Assembly: GCA_002104905.1 (NCBI GenBank)
Contig: MCFE01000316.1
Coordinates: 33,242 to 97,241, forward strand
Source: Basidiobolus meristosporus CBS 931.73
Taxonomy: Eukaryota > Fungi > Basidiobolomycota
Reading direction: 5' to 3'
DNA: 64,000 nt
Shown here: piece by piece, positions 12,808 to 29,725 of the stretch
Layout: every line of letters begins with the position of its first letter
Numbering within the stretch: the stretch's first letter is position 1
The notes under the pieces: generated by a model
Database searches by the model: none
What the model was told of the DNA's origin: nothing
The model's input: the letters and a program-made list of their open reading frames with translations, nothing else
Position numbers and translations under genes: made by a program

Positions 12808-13479
12808 ATGTCGTTTAACGAGCCCTTCCCCGATTACTACAGTATCCTTCAAATCTCTGAGAACGCAACTGATGAGGAGATCCGTGAGGCATACAAACGA
12901 GAGGCGTTGAGAAACCACCCGGATAGAAATAGAGAAGATCCTGACGCCACAAGGAAGTTTCAGTTGATCTCCGACGCCTACTTTATCCTTAGCGATGCCA
13001 CACGACGATCGCAGTACGACCAAGCAAGACGCAGCCAAAGCCACAGCAGCTGGGCTAGACAGTCGCAAGATGCCCCTGCTGCGGATGAGACCTTTGGAAA
13101 TGTCTTCGAGGAGATCTTAAAGCCCGAGGTTGAAAATCCAAAGTGGCTGTACACTCCTCTGGGCTCTGTGGCAGGCGGTATATTGGGGTTCATCTGCGGC
13201 AGTATACCTGGTGCATTGTTGGTAACAAACAGATCGTAATGCTCTATCGTAAATGTCGAGTCGGATACTAAAGCTAATGCTTAGGGATCTTTTGCCGGTG
13301 CCAAACTAGGTGCAGTTCGTGATAACAAAGGTAAGTGCCCTGTTCCAAGCAATAAATGTTGACCTTGACCTTATGTGGCCTTATCCACAGGGGTGTCCGT
13401 TTATGAAGCATTCATGAAATTGCCACAAACTCAGAAGTATGCCATTCTGCAAGCGTTGGCGGCCAAAATCCTCAAATAG
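12808..13479 (+). CDS. J-domain (DnaJ) protein with a glycine-rich hydrophobic C-terminus, 3 exons
   Basis: DYYSILQI...IREAYKREALRNHPDRN...FQLISDAYFILSD...R..YD. Two GT-AG introns near 13222-13284 and 13332-13390. TAG at 13477-13479. Confidence 0.9.
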
Positions 13480-14193
13480 GTTTAGTGGGCTCCGAGACCT
13501 GACAACGATCGGCTGCCTTGATACAGAACGACTTATTAGCCTATTGTATGGAACGACATCCCATGTTATCGATCCTCTAACTCTTTGTGATCTCTCGAGG
13601 TCCCGATCAAGTGTAATCTCAGTATTTGATTGTATAAGAATATAAATGTATCATTTGTTATTTGATGGCTGTTTCTTGGCCACTCGTTGATTTTCCTTGA
13701 GCCGCCATTCACGTCCTGACCAGGCATCCATTCTTCATACTTTGATGGATCAGCAGGCCAGGGAGCACTGGGTTGTTTGAGGCGCACATATACCACCCTC
13801 CAACATTCGCCTCAATCCAGCATGGAAATCCATAGAGGAAATTGCAATTGTCACCCAGCTGTGGAAGGGCGTCACATTTGTGGAAGCGACTAAATCATGA
13901 TGATGGGCCATCGTAATGCTAGTCGCTGGATTGCTTGGTTAAACCAAACCTAAATCCGATTCGATCAGTTTGGAGGGTTCCTTGGTAAACGAAAATGCCA
14001 GAACAGAAATTAGAGGATTCCACCACTCATGTTAGAGAAAAAAAGGCAGCTCAGAAAAAAACAAATATCTGTGTGGCCCTGTGTAACCAACCTCCTGGCC
14101 TCAGACACTCCACCAAACCAAATTTTTCGGATTCCTGTGAAGGCTGTTGAGATTTCGTTAGCCACCTGCCCCTTGTAATCTAGAAGCGCCAAG

Positions 14194-16101
14194 ATGATGC
14201 AATCTCCCGTTATCGTTATGAGTCAGTTGATTCAGCTCTCAACCATATCTTCGTTGTTGACTCCTCTCTAACGAAGGCAATTGCTGACTTACACTAGATA
14301 CTAATACCCAAAGAGAGTCGGGTAGAAAAGCCCAGATCTCTAACATCACTGCGGCCAAGGTTCTTACACTTTATTCCTCTGATCCATTCGCTACCTTCTA
14401 TCCTAACGCAATGCACTTTCCGTAGACCGTAGCTGACGTCATCAGGACCTGTCTCGGTCCCCGTTCTATGCTGAAGATGTTACTTGATCCCATGGGTGGC
14501 ATTGTTTTGACCAACGATGGAAACGCTATCCTTCGCGAGGTTGAGGTTGCTCATCCCGCAGCCAAAAGTATGATCGAGCTTAGCCGCACTCAAGATGAAG
14601 AAGTCGGTGATGGCACCACCTCCGTAATCATCCTTGGTAAGATATAGCCCCCACCCTGAGAGAGTTTCCCGGTCTGTGGCTAAATCCTGTGTTCCACTAG
14701 CCGGAGAAGTCCTCGCAACCGCTGCTCCTTATTTGGAACGCAACATCCATCCTATCGTGATTATTTCGGCATTGAAAAAGGCACTTGAAGACGCAATCAA
14801 GATTGTTGATGAGATCAGCCACCCAGTTGATATCAACGACAACAAAGAGATGTTGGATCTTATCAAGGCCTCGATCGGCACCAAGTTTGTTAGTCGCTGG
14901 AGCGAATTAATGTGCAAGCTAGCTCTTGATGCTGTCAAGTGTGTCGCCACCGACGATAACGGAAGACGTGAGGTTGATATCAAAAGATACGCCAGAATCG
15001 AAAAGGTAAGATCGAAAGCACCATCTTCGTCCAAGTGCCCGCACGATTAACGCTCGGTTACACCAACCACAGATCCCCGGTGGAGAAATCGAGGAATCTC
15101 GTGTGCTTGATGGTGTGATGGTGAATAAGGATGTTACTCATCCAAAGATGCGCCGTCGTATCGAAAACCCTCGCGTGATTCTTCTCGACTGTCCCCTTGA
15201 ATACAAAAAGGGGGAGTCCCAGACCAACATCGAAATCACCAAGGAGGAAGACTGGAATAGAATCCTTCAAATCGAAGAAGAACAGATCAAAGCGTTGTGC
15301 GATAAGATCATCGAACTCAAGCCGGACCTAGTCATCACTGAAAAGGGGGTTTCCGATCTTGCTCAACATTATCTTCTAAAGGCCAATATCACTGCTCTTC
15401 GTCGTGTTAGGAAGACCGACAACAACCGTATTGCTAAAGCTACTGGCGCAACCATCGTCAACCGTGTGGATGATTTGAAGGATGCTGATGTCGGTACCCA
15501 GTGCGGACTCTTCTCGGTTGAGAAGATCGGTGATGAATATTTCTCATTCATGACACAATGCGAGGATCCTAAGGCTTGTACCGTACTTCTACGTGGTCCT
15601 TCGAAGGATGTGTTGAACGAAATCGAGCGTAACCTTCAGGACGCCATGTGCGTTGCCCGCAACGTATACTTCAACCCCAACCTGGCCCCTGGTGGTGGTG
15701 CCACTGAGATGGCTATTAGCGTCAAGTTGGCTCAAAAGGCAAAGACTCTCGAAGGTGTTGAGCAATGGCCCTACATGGCTGTTTCGGAAGCCATGGAGGT
15801 TATTCCCCGTACTCTTGTGCAGAACTGTGGAGGAAATGCTATCAAGGTCTTGACCCAGCTGAGAGCCAAGCATGCTAATGGAGATCATTCCTGGGGTATT
15901 GATGGCCATGCCGGCAAGATTGTGGACATGTTGGAGTACGGTGTCTGGGAACCCAACGCAGTGAAGGTTCAAACAATCAAGACTGCCATCGAGTCCGCGT
16001 GTCTTTTGCTTCGTGTCGACGATATAGTTTCTGGTGTTTCCAAGAAGCAAGCAGCTGGGCCCAGTGGCCCAGCCCCTACTCCTGAACAAATGGAGCAATA
16101 A
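14194..16101 (+). CDS. CCT3: T-complex protein 1 subunit gamma (chaperonin CCT), multi-exon
   Basis: MQSPVIVM...RTCLGPRSMLKMLLDPMGG...EVGDGTTSVIIL...KIPGGEIEESRVLDGVMVNKDVTHPKMRRRIENPRVILLDCPLEYKKGESQTNIEI...TAIESACLLLRVDDIVSG. Confidence 0.96.
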
Positions 16102-17030
16102 GCGCAATGATTGTACAACTCATATTTCATCGTCACCTGCAAATGTAATTTTCCTAGTTGATATCATCTCTTCCACACCCTTTATCCCATAGGCCACAAC
16201 TAAATACACAGAAGCCGAATGCAGTAGTTTCATCAACTGGATAGCTCGGCCCGTCATTCCAAACCACTTGGTCATCAATAAAGGCTCGTTCCGGTACATA
16301 TGGTACGGAAAGTCAATTATCAGTGGCAAGGATATTAGTTGCTTTTTATGTGCATCCGACTGTTTGGTATTTCTAACAGATGAATGCCGCATATCGATAG
16401 GCCACCCCATATCGGACGAATTTCCCCGAAACAGAGTCGTCTGTTTAGTAATCAGTCAGAAAATCGACTCGCAGTAGCAGGAGCAACAGGTATAGCAAAT
16501 AACCGTATGGTATCTCCCTTGAGTGCAGTGATCATGAGGGATACAGTGCGCTGCAATCACAGGATAATGGACATGTGAGTGCGGGCTTTACCTCGCTACC
16601 TCTTCAATTATGTGGCAATTTGTCCGACTCTTGACCGGTGTACCTCACACGATGGCACTAACAACCCTTGTCCAGATCTAGGGAACCACGAAATAAAAGC
16701 AAACAAGCTCCCAACTATTACGCAGAGAAGAGAGCCATTGTAGCTTTGCCCCACCTGTTTCATCAACAGTCACTTCTGAAGAAACCTCTTGCGGAAGTGT
16801 TCCATTTTGAGGGCCGCTATTTATACGCTAGACTGCTATTTCAGGTTAGTAACTTGTCAAGCTTTCCGCTCCCTCACCCTTCGAGTTTCTCAATAGTTCC
16901 ATTCCGTTCGGAAATTCCTACAGAATTCAATTTCCGGGTATTTGAACAGGCTAATTGACCACCAAGCTTGGAATCGAATCCACAACTTGATCTTACACTT
17001 TCCCACCAGGTTGACTTCGGATCTCCAATC

Positions 17031-20000
17031 ATGACCAGTCTAAGGCGTGGCAAAACCCTTACTAGACCTGATCGAGTTCATGCTCCGGCACCTATGTTGA
17101 GAGGCCAGAATAGGCGTAAGACCTTAGACCCTTGGGTGCTGTTCTCCAAGTTGGTCACCTTCTGGGCGCCCGGGTTTATCCTATCGAAGATTGGAATGCC
17201 AGAGAAGGCCAGCCGTCAGGCGTGGAGAGAGAAGGTGGCTCTATGCTGGATAATTGCGTTGATCGGTGGAATGGTGGCATTTCTAACACTTGGGCTACCG
17301 TACGTGTTTTGCCCGCAAAGCGCAATGGCCAGCCTGGAGAACTTTGCCCAAATCAACACCAATACCCCAGGTACTGTTCTTCCGAATTTTCCCTCAAGCC
17401 ATTGAAATCATAACCATTCATTGTCTTTAGGGTTGGTTGGAATCAATGGCATGGTGTATTCAGTAATGTCCGGAAAAAACAACCCAAGCTTCCCCTCGGG
17501 GCTAGACATCAGCAATCAATTCCAGCATGGCTCCAATGTTGATGCTTGTCGTAATCCACTGATCAGTGGCTACCCGTCCGCTATGTATGGACCATGTGTC
17601 GCCAAAGGAGGAAATGAAGGCTGTCCGCTACCTCCGATTGAAGAGTCGGCCAGCAATTATGGGCTGATCCCCACTGGCAGAAAATTGGGATACGACTGGG
17701 TCGACGTCCCAAACAACTTCTTCGTAATTGACGGGCATGTTCTGAACCTTACGCCGTATCTCAAGGCTTTCCCTACTGCGAGCCCGGATGATGTCGTAGA
17801 TCGAGCCATTAGAGAGGCCATTGACAACAGGATCATCGATGCCACAAGAATATTTCTTCGAAAGCCCGAACTGATCGCCTCGATTCCCTGTTTGGTTGGG
17901 AAGTATTTCGCCGGATATCTTAGCAAAGCTACGCCCGGTTGCTTCGGTGTGAAACTGTTCTTCGTCATCTCCATGGTGATCATCCTTGGGATTGTATTGA
18001 CCCGCTTCTTCATGGCCGTCATATTCGATTGGTTCCTCTCTTTCAAGCTTGCTCGTCCCCCTCGACAACAGGCCAGACATATCATTGGATCGAAATCGGC
18101 ACCGTGGGCGAATGCAGGCTATAATGCGGAAGTAAAGCAGATCCAACTCAATCCCAGCGATCTATTTACCGTTCTTCTGGTAACCTGCTACTCCGAAGGG
18201 GAAAGCTCACTAAGATGCACTATTGAGAGCCTTGCGACTACAGACTACAGCGACGATCACAAATTATTGTTCGTAATTGCCGATGGAATGATCACCGGAA
18301 GTGGCAATGACAGAAGCACACCGGACATTTGCGTAGATATGATCGAGCTGGATCCGCAGTTCGCTGATCCCCAACCACAAAGTTACATTGCGGTTGCGTC
18401 GGGAGCAAAACAGCACAATATGGCCAAGGTCTATGCTGGGCACTTCGTTCACGAAGGGCATCGCGTCCCTACTGTTGTGGTCGTCAAGTGCGGGGCTCCT
18501 GAGGAGCAGACTAAACCTAAGGCGGGAAACCGCGGGAAACGAGACTCCCAATTGATCCTCATGAACTTCTTCAGTCGTGTCACCTTCAACGATCGTATGA
18601 CTCCTCTAGACTACGATCTTTTTACTAAGATACACCACCTTACTGGAGTCACTCCGGACTACTTCGAGATTGTGCTGATGGTAGATGCTGATACCAAAGT
18701 CTACCCTGATTCCTTGGGATTACTCACCAATTGCATGATAAACGATCCGATGATCATGGGGCTTTGCGGGGAGACTAAGATTGCCAACAAACGGGACTCG
18801 TGGGTAACCGCGATCCAAGTCTTTGAATACTACATCTCCCACCACCTGGGCAAGGGCTTTGAATCGGTATTTGGAGGTGTGACTTGTTTACCGGGCTGCT
18901 TTTGCATGTATCGGCTTAAGGCACGTAAAGGAGATAGCGATTGGGTTCCGATCATTACCAAACCAGAGATAGTACAGGAATATTCCCAAAATGATGTCGA
19001 AACACTGCACCAGAAGAACCTACTTCTACTTGGGGAGGATCGGTTCCTGACCACCCTGATGTTAAGAAACTTCCCCAACCGAAAGATGATGTTCATGCCT
19101 CAAGCGATATGTAAAACCGTGGTTCCGGACGAATTCAACGTGCTGCTATCCCAACGTCGTCGTTGGATCAATTCCACCATTCATAATCTCATGGAGCTTG
19201 TGCTAGTCCGCAACCTGTGCGGTACATTTTGCTTCTCTATGCAATTCGTGGTGGTGATGGAGCTGATTGGCACAGTATCCTTGCCAGTAGCTATCATCAT
19301 GACTTACGTATTGATATACTCCATTGCCACAACCACCTTTACTGATGCAGCTAGCTATTATCCTTTGATCCTTTTGATTCTCATCCTTTTCCTGCCCGCA
19401 GTTCTGATCCTGCTTACCACCCGGAAATTAATCTATATCGCATGGATGTTGATTTACCTTGTGGCTTTGCCTGTTTGGAACTTCATCCTTCCAGTGTATG
19501 CGTACTGGCACTTTGACGATTTCTCGTGGGGCGAGACACGTAAAGTCGCGGGAGAGACGAAGGATGATGATCATGGGAAGAAGGATGGAGTGTTCGATTC
19601 AAGCAAGATAACCCTGCGTCGATGGGAAGACTATGAAAGACGTCGATTGCGCCAGGATAAAGTGGACGCACCAACTCATTGGAATTCTCCATTAACCGGT
19701 AATGCGGACAACTACCATCCTTACAACACTCACCGATCGCAGAGAGAGTTTGGAAACCACCGCCCGGAGAAGAACCTTTTCTTTCAGCGGGATCATGCGC
19801 AGGAGCAAACTGCATCGTGGTATGTAGATGAAGATTGTATGACTTCCTACGGAGAGCATACGAGACATACCATGCACGACGAATTCGAACCTATTCCCCA
19901 ACTTGATCATACAGCGCAAAGAGAGTTGAGCCGCCTCTATGGGCCTCACCTACATCAACACCAGCATATCTCGATGGCCAACCCCCCAAACCTTCAGCAA

Positions 20001-20063
20001 TCACGTCCCCATGGCCCAAGACCGCAACCACCAAGAAAGAACCACGATTTCTCCCGTGAATAG
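17031..20063 (+). CDS. Chitin synthase, division 2 (class IV-like, no myosin domain), one intron
   Basis: RRGKTLTRP and WREKVALC in the N-terminal part; VTCYSEG, GKRDSQ, MVDADT, CLPGCF, LGEDRFL, SQRRRW and FSWGETR motifs. Intron ~17370-17430. Confidence 0.95.
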
Positions 20064-20472
20064 ATACCCTGGATTCAATGTACTGCCCACACGATAGCCT
20101 TGTTTATCGACTGTTTTTATTCAAACTCCTCCATTTCCACCCTGGCCTGACCCAGCAGCAACCTGGCGAACTTTCCGTTTCTCATCGCTCATCTATCTAA
20201 GTAGCCCAATAAAACTCATCTCGAACTTCCCTCAAATAGTGTGTTGGGTTCGGCGACTTGAGGACTTGGAAGATCGAAACAACGAAAGATACCTCTAAAC
20301 CATAACCACCCCTGCTGGGCTTTATTAAATTAGGAGCACCAGATATTATATCAAGTCACGGACGAGGTGGAACGGGGTACTAATATGATATATAAACACG
20401 TGCAGATGCAACTTGTCAAAAAACAAACTTCAGTGAAGTGGGTTGGGGGATCTCTCCAGCTCGTGGATGCGA

Positions 20473-22266
<1,794 letters not shown>

Positions 22267-24450
22267 TTTAGAAGACTATCAGGATATACCACAAGTGAAC
22301 TGAGGCGATTAAACATGGCCTCTGAAGGGGCTCGTGCTTATATAGTGGAGTCTTTCCACTTGGAGTCTGTATTATTTCGAGAGGGCTACGATGCGACCAA
22401 TAAACGTCATGATATCTCCATTGTACAACAGCCGTCACCACCAGTTCATCCTCTACGCCTATTTGCTCTTGGAGCTTCGTAAATGACCGATCCAATTAGG
22501 AAGGTTTCACTGAGTCCTACGTACACACATATTAATTATTACTTACAACATCACCGCCCAGAAAAGGATTTTCATATGAAAGCGAGGGGAGCTCTCAAAA
22601 TAATCGAACCCGCTTCTGCTAAACATTCCAGAGAATGAACCTCGGAGTTATTCAGGGTGCCGCCAGACGACACTATTCGGATGCCACGAAGGTGGCTGTT
22701 GTTGCTCGCTGGGCCCTGTTCACCGACATCCCAACCCAACCGGTGTCTCCGCGAATAAGCTTATATTCAACACATGCAGTGTCCAACCAACTGGTTCAGT
22801 TTGCCCTGTTGGGCTTATCATTTCGATGCATTTCGTTCCATTGCTGCTCGCATATACCGGAACGATATTCCCGTAATACGCTAAATGGCCATTTCTATTT
22901 CTGGAAGGATTTCTCTCGCAAGCGGATTGCTCGCCCAACGGCTCGCGGACGAAGATACCTTGCCCTACCAGCCGCATATAGCCAGGTTGTACCTGGCGTC
23001 CGTCCGTGTAGGCGGAGTGCTTCTGCGCAGGAGTTGGTGTGAGGGTGGCTGGTGCTCCGAACAGGTTTGAGAGAAAGGCGACTTGGCTTCAGAGAGATGC
23101 ATCCTGTGAAAGGGATGCGGTTCAAGAAATCTGATTGATTCCATCCAAGAAAGGGAGGAAAATTTGTCGTGGAAAATATGCACGAAAAATCCCATGACGG
23201 ATTCGCCGCAGGAAGTGGATTGGCTTCCTTCCCTTTTCTATACGAAGCGATTGAACTCGTATTGGCACCGAATCACCACCTCGCTTTCCATATATATGGC
23301 CCATATTGCTGAATCAATCAACCCAGGTTGCCGTTATCACCAGGCTGATCGGGTTTCACACGCTCATCCCTAAGGTAACCCCGAGAATTCATATCCGTTT
23401 TGAGAAGGCGGCGCCTGGGGTTCTATATGGGCATGCTGAGGTAGCGCGCATTCGGTGATTTCCTTCAATTTAATATCACCCATGGTTGACCAGGGCCAGT
23501 GGTATTTTTCCAAATTTCCCATCCGAAAAACCCGATTGTTTGAGTGTGATCAAGATTGGATTCGAGCATGTGATGTTCAGCCACTCTGCAACTTCTTCAA
23601 TATGTTCCTATTTGGATGATAACCATTGTGGGGTCGATGGCTGATTACCTCGGGTGGCAACATTAGTCAGGAAATGCGGTGTTTAAATCGACCCGGCCAT
23701 ATGAGGAAAGCCAAGCGAGATAGCGAATGAATTCGTCGTAGAAGCAACTCCATCCATCCTGAAGCTGCACTTGCAGTTCCCGTGCTACTCTTTGACTGGA
23801 ATCTTACCCCACTCTTTCGATTTCCATATTTATTGACGAGCATTAAGACGTGGTCAATGAATGAGGCCCAGATGGCTTCTCCAGTTTGAGATCAATCCGA
23901 GCAGTGTAACTTACGTCAATATTCCAAATGGAGAGCTGGTTCATGGTCAGATGAGAGCGTTAGCCAGGGAAAGCAGCTCGGCCATTGCAGCTGTGCACCA
24001 CACACCCTGTGGGTGTCTCATGCAGCCAGACTGGTTCACCATTCGTCCAGCTGGAAATCGCAGAGCTTTGTTCCATTCAGCATGGCGACAACCAAATTAC
24101 CACTTGAATTCCGTAAGTATGCAATGGCTCGCTGGAGTTCTATTTTGAGTCAGGCGATATCCATAATTGACTTGATTAGCCAAATCTGTCCCTGTCTACG
24201 TTGTCAGCTTCTTCAAGGGTTAAAATCGAGCAGGCCTTCGAAAGCTGTGTACAAGCGTTCCTGCTTAATCGATAATATATCCATGTTGATGCTTTCCCAC
24301 AGATAAGCAACGCTTTATTAACGCTTCAAAATTTCGGCATATTGATCAGATAAATGATTAAGAGTTATATTGAGCTATGGTGGATACTAAATTCGTGTGC
24401 TCTCAGAAATGCGTCTAGGGAGAATGCAGTAATTAAGGACGTATTCTGGA

Positions 24451-25950
24451 TTATAGATTATAGTATATTTGCAAGAAATTGGCCTTCTTTTGCTTGAACG
24501 TGCCGTTGCCAATGCTTTCTCTGATCTGCTGGAAGAAACGCGAATAATGGTGGCAATTGTGGACCATCAGCAGAATAGATGCTAGCATCTCGTGGGTATT
24601 AATTAGATGATGGGTATAGCATCTGCTATGGTTTTGGCACGCAAAGCATCGGCAGCCCTCAAGAAGGGGCTGTTGATCGCTCTTGTTCTTGGGGTCGTTG
24701 AGATCGTAAGTAAGGTCCCCAGAACCAGCATCTTGATTGCCGAATTCGAATATTAGCGCAAGCCCTTTTTGAGTAGCATGATAAGGGAAGGAGGAATCAA
24801 ACAGATCTATCCCCAAGGTGATTCCGGTCAAGATGTCATCTAACCAATTGTGTTAATTTAGTCACAATAATGCACCGCAAGTGGCACAGATACCTGGTGC
24901 ACTAAAACCATAGCCAACTCTCGGCTTGTCTCTGGGTAGATGATCTAGGGAAATTTTAAGCAGCCTTTCTTTCTCCTCATTAGACACATCGAAGCTACGG
25001 GCTTCAAGGATATAGCCTAGGAACACAAATCTCAGTTATCGTATTCCTTGAGCGGTTCACCATTCAACCAATACCATCGACATCTCTTTTCACCACCTCC
25101 TCAGCACACCTCTGACGCTCACGGTCATACTGAGAACCGACCAATACTCCAAATAAATTGATGCTTTCCTAAGGGTTGAGCAGGGTTCATCATTAGCTTC
25201 GATTTGTCTGCAGTCTGCTTGAACATTCACCTGTTTCTGCGCTATAATCGCATCCAACCACCGCAAGGACCGGTCTACAGATTTGCGCGCACGTTTGGCG
25301 GTAGGGTTTTTGTCGACGACTATATCTGCCAGAGCTGCTGCAATATCGGGTTTGTATGCATTGATGGTTCTTAGGTAATCTTCTGGAGTGATCTAAGCAC
25401 CTGCTGAGTAAAAATTCTTGGCGCATCGATGGATAGCCGTTTACCTTACGCATACCGCCGTAGGTTTTTACAGAAATGTATTTCTCTCCGTTGAAGGGAG
25501 TTTCCTCGAGTTCAGAAGGATCCAACATATCAACAAATATAAGATAATCCTATAAAGACATAAATATCTACTTTTGGTGGGATTCTAGGTACGAAAGCCT
25601 CAGATGCAGTTGTTACCTCTAGGTTCAAGTATTTATGAATCCCAGGCTCAAAGGTAGCAGAAAGAGGTGGAAATTCATCAAACCTATGCAACGGGAACTA
25701 CCTTTAGCAATAAATCTAAGGAACTAAACCCAACCCAAGCTTACAATTGGCAAAGTGCAACCTGAATCCCGCGAATAGGTACCGAGCGGACCACGTCTGG
25801 GGTCAAATGAGGAGTAGTGCCGCGGTGGCTGTACATAAGGCAATTGGGAGTGTCCACTTGCAAATCTGAAACAGCCCTCGAGGTGTTAATACTGAGGATA
25901 CCTTGGCGGATTCTTTCCTCCTCCTTCTCTACTTCAAAATGGAGAGGCAT
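24451..25950 (-). CDS. Queuine tRNA-ribosyltransferase accessory subunit (QTRT2-like), multi-exon
   Basis: N-terminal TPNCLMYSHRGTTPHLT; C-terminal GIDLFDSSFPY and Zn site CRCFAC..HSRCYTHHL..THEMLA...HN. The DLFDSSFP variant fits the non-catalytic subunit. Confidence 0.8.
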
Positions 25951-26252
25951 ATCTCGGCAACACGATATCAAAATCTACACAAGAGAGAACTCCCAAATGC
26001 ATAGGTCTCTGCCATCAACCACGGTCGTGGAGTGCCATCATGCCCCCAATCTCAGATAGCTTGAATATCAAAAAAAATCCGATATTTATCTCCCATAATT
26101 TCCAATAATATATTTCTTTATTTCGCATCAGGCTTATGCCACCTTCCATAGGCGCCAAGTCATTGACTCAATGTAATGTTGGGCGGTTGAGTCAGTAAAG
26201 CTTTACAAGATATAAACACCATTTACAGCGCGCTTCTTCGCAGCAGAAGATA

Positions 26253-27767
26253 CTAAGCTTGAATCACTCGCATATTGTTGGTGTTCCCTATACCCTCCTT
26301 GAAGCCCTGGATGACTATTACGGATTGTCCTTTTTGGACGAGGCCGAGCTTTAAACCCTGTTCGATGGCGAAGTCCACCCTGTTATCAACGTCCGATTGC
26401 CACTCTCTAGGGTCGGACTCCTTGACCTGGGGCTTGTCGTAGACAAATGGATAGCAACCAGAATGTAGATGTATTTGGCGCGCCACAGTTGGGCTTCGGG
26501 TGACAGTAATGATTGGACAAACCGGGCGATATTTGGAAATCAACCGAGCGGTGTTGCCGGTCTGTGTCAGCACAATGATGGCACCAGCGTCGGCTTCTAG
26601 CGAGGCATTGACAGCGGATGATGCAACTGTCTCGGTAGTATCAGTTGGTCGTGCAGTCAATGCACGGAGCTCATTGAAGAGTGGTGGATAGCAAATAACC
26701 GATTCAGCTAGCTGGCATGCCTGGGCCATGGTAGTGACCGCCTCGATGGGATAATCGCCCTTGGCAGTCTCACCAGACAACATCACGCAGTCAGCACCAT
26801 CCAGAACGGCATTAGCAACATCACTCACTTCGGCACGCGTGGGCCTTGGGTTATAGGTCATCGACTCGAGCATCTGAGTAGCACATACCACTGGCTTCCC
26901 AGCAAGATTGCACTGCGCAATGATTGATTTTTGAGCGATGAACACTCGCTCACACGGAATTTCAATACCCAAATCACCACGAGCGACCATCACACCATCG
27001 GTTACTTTCAAAATCTCAGCGAAATTATAAACCCCTTGGTAGTTCTCAATCTTCACGATGATCTTGATGTGCTTCCCTTTCTCCCCTAGCACGGCCCTGA
27101 TGTCTTGAACATCCTTGGCGGAACGAATGAAGGAGGCAAATATCATGTCGACGCCTTGCTCAACACCAAACTGTAGATCGGCTTTGTCCTTCTCGGAGAG
27201 TGCAGGTAGATCCACGTCGGTTTTCGGTAAATTAACGCCCTTTCGGCTACATATTTTCCCGTTGTTTAATGCTCTGACTTTGACATCATCGCTGCCAACT
27301 TCAAGCACTTCGAACGAAAGAATACCATCGTCAACATATATAATCTTGCCTTTTTCGATCACTTTCGGTAGGTTCTTATAATCCACGTACATCCTTTCCC
27401 CGTTACACTTCTCCTTGAATTTATCGTCGGTAGTGATAAGCATTTCATGACCAGCGTTGATCGGAGTCTCGACATCGTTCTCACATAGCCCAGTTCGGAT
27501 TTCAGGCCCTTTTGTATCCAGAGCGATGCCGACTGGACTGCTTCCTTTGCTTGCACGAGCATTGGCAATAACTGACCCGTGATACTCATAGGAACCATGG
27601 GAGAAATTCATACGTACGATATTCATGCCAGCTTCCCGAAGCTTGTTCATCATCTCGACGCTGTTGGTTTTCGGGCCAATCGTACAGATTATCGATGTCT
27701 TTCTTTTGGCTTTTGGCTGGACATCGATGTTTAGTCTGGATATCCAAGAAAGACGACTGCTCTCCAT
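26253..27767 (-). CDS. Pyruvate kinase, paralog A (intronless)
   Basis: [63 protein letters not shown]. 504-aa ORF. Confidence 0.97.
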   Translation of the reverse strand: MESSRLSWISRLNIDVQPKAKRKTSIICTIGPKTNSVEMMNKLREAGMNIVRMNFSHGSYEYHGSVIANARASKGSSPVGIALDTKGPEIRTGLCENDVETPINAGHEMLITTDDKFKEKCNGERMYVDYKNLPKVIEKGKIIYVDDGILSFEVLEVGSDDVKVRALNNGKICSRKGVNLPKTDVDLPALSEKDKADLQFGVEQGVDMIFASFIRSAKDVQDIRAVLGEKGKHIKIIVKIENYQGVYNFAEILKVTDGVMVARGDLGIEIPCERVFIAQKSIIAQCNLAGKPVVCATQMLESMTYNPRPTRAEVSDVANAVLDGADCVMLSGETAKGDYPIEAVTTMAQACQLAESVICYPPLFNELRALTARPTDTTETVASSAVNASLEADAGAIIVLTQTGNTARLISKYRPVCPIITVTRSPTVARQIHLHSGCYPFVYDKPQVKESDPREWQSDVDNRVDFAIEQGLKLGLVQKGQSVIVIQGFKEGIGNTNNMRVIQA

Positions 27768-29725
27768 TTGTCTGAAAATGTGCGTAAAAGGCTTTGGTAA
27801 AGAGGGTTCAAGAGGTAGAAAGGTGACGTTTGGATGATGAACCGGCCAACAAGGGTTTATTTTATATCTTGAGCGGGTTTAGCGGGCTCAGCTTCATAAG
27901 GTCCCATGAAAGAGGCTACTTCGAGCCGTCCAATCGCCATCACCAAAGCTTGATCTTTGACTATCATATTGCTTCCTACCTACAGGTCACGCTTCAAGCA
28001 TTATGATTGTAGACAATCGGAACTCACATCAAGTACATCTGTCAAGGGATGGGGTATCCAATCACCAGCACTGACGTTATTGAAATTCTGAACCGTCACT
28101 TTATCCATGATTACGGATCCTTCGTAGTGGGCGAATTCGCGATTTGAACCACTCATAACCATACGTAATCATAGAGTCAACCAATATCCCCGGGGTTCGT
28201 TTACCGAGCCTCCGCAAATGACCCAATGGATAGGATGGATGATCAACCTGGTAAAAACATTGCTCTCCATAGGTGCGAGAGAAAACCGAAACATCGCCTT
28301 CAGCTGGTTAATAACCGATGACTCCTCGGTGCATCGATTAATCTATTGGCGGCGGTCAATCATCACCGATTGATCAGCGGGGCTGATCACTTGACAATGC
28401 AGCGAATCACGGGAGAGTGTTCCGGTGGTAACCTAACTATAGGGAGCTTTCGTATTAATAGAAATGATGGGGAATAGTCCGTTGGAATAATAGGACCACT
28501 CTAACATTCTATCTAGAAGTCAATTAAGTCTTGGATTATGCTGCATACAGCGCAGTTGTTTCACTATGCAATGCTCACGAGCATCCAAATCACCTATCAG
28601 TTAAATAACAAGCAGCAGAGGCATAAATTGTACAATGCTGGGAACACCATAAACGACATTGCATATTATGTGGCTACTCGGGTTTGCAAGGCTCAAATAC
28701 TCGATTATCTCATCTACATGGAAGATGCTCATGCGCTGAAGAACCAATCATCAATTGCCTCGCGACTCACGAGAGGTGGTACGCTATCACCCACGGCTCT
28801 CGTTACATCGTTCCAGATAGAGTTGGCTGGTGCAACCGGTAGTGGCCCCAGTAGACAACAGCAACAGGGATTTTCGTCAATAATTCGTTGATGGTAGTCA
28901 TACAACGTATTTTTCGAATCCTGTGAAGCTCACAATCACCATGTGCCACATCTCTGCTTCTGACAGATACGGGGCTGAGCTGAGCTGTGTATTAGCCACT
29001 TAACGCTCTTACTAAGTTCTCACCAGTTTGCTCGTGAGGAGTGTGGCTCACTCCTCAATCCACATCACAATCCAAATACCGCTTACCGAGTTGGAATTCC
29101 AGACTCGGTGGAGGATTTTCGGGGATCGCCACTGACTCGGTGAGAAATCCAGAGCTAATTGTCAATAGGAATCGCCCACCAGTTCACCACTTGATGTAAG
29201 TATTTAGTCCCAATCCCATGGCAACTTATTTGGCACCATCCACGATATCAATCATATTCTTCGACAAATCTGTCTAGAAAACAAAGCTTGACTAGACCGG
29301 GCGGAGGAATTAATTGATATCATATGAAATAGGCCAGGATCTAGTTTCTGATAGGTAATGGCCGTTGATAGGGATTTTTAGTATCTGTGGTCACCGTTGC
29401 CTATCACTTGAAAAGCCTCCTTCGCTGATTATCCTTGCAATCTGTTTCAATGTATCACTGACCTAGACCTAGGATTACCATTTATTAAGGTGTACAATTG
29501 GAGTAAATGTGAGTATTAAGTGTATGCGTTGTATGATTGGTATTGCGTGGATTCAATGTGCCTATTTCAGAAATAGCTGGGATTGCACGGAGATGGCTAC
29601 CACCAGATACAGGTTCTGTGGAAGTCAGGAAGCAGAAGGAGGGGTGCCTGGAAGGCCGTGGGGTGTGTGCATCGGTGAGGTTCATGGCTGGAGGGCGCAT
29701 CCGACATGCTGGCTACAGTAAATGC

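Noticed and set aside
22600-23400. Gene-like intergenic blocks (also 12100-12700, 30950-31520, 36750-37200, 47350-47750, 48900-49340, 54900-55400)
   Set aside because: Only short ORFs with no recognisable motifs or consistent splice pattern. They may be decayed genes but cannot be supported without a search.
28371-29109. Short palindromes TGATCAGC/GCTGATCA (28371-28389) and ACCGAGT...ACTCGGT (29085-29109)
   Set aside because: Isolated and within chance expectation for 64 kb.
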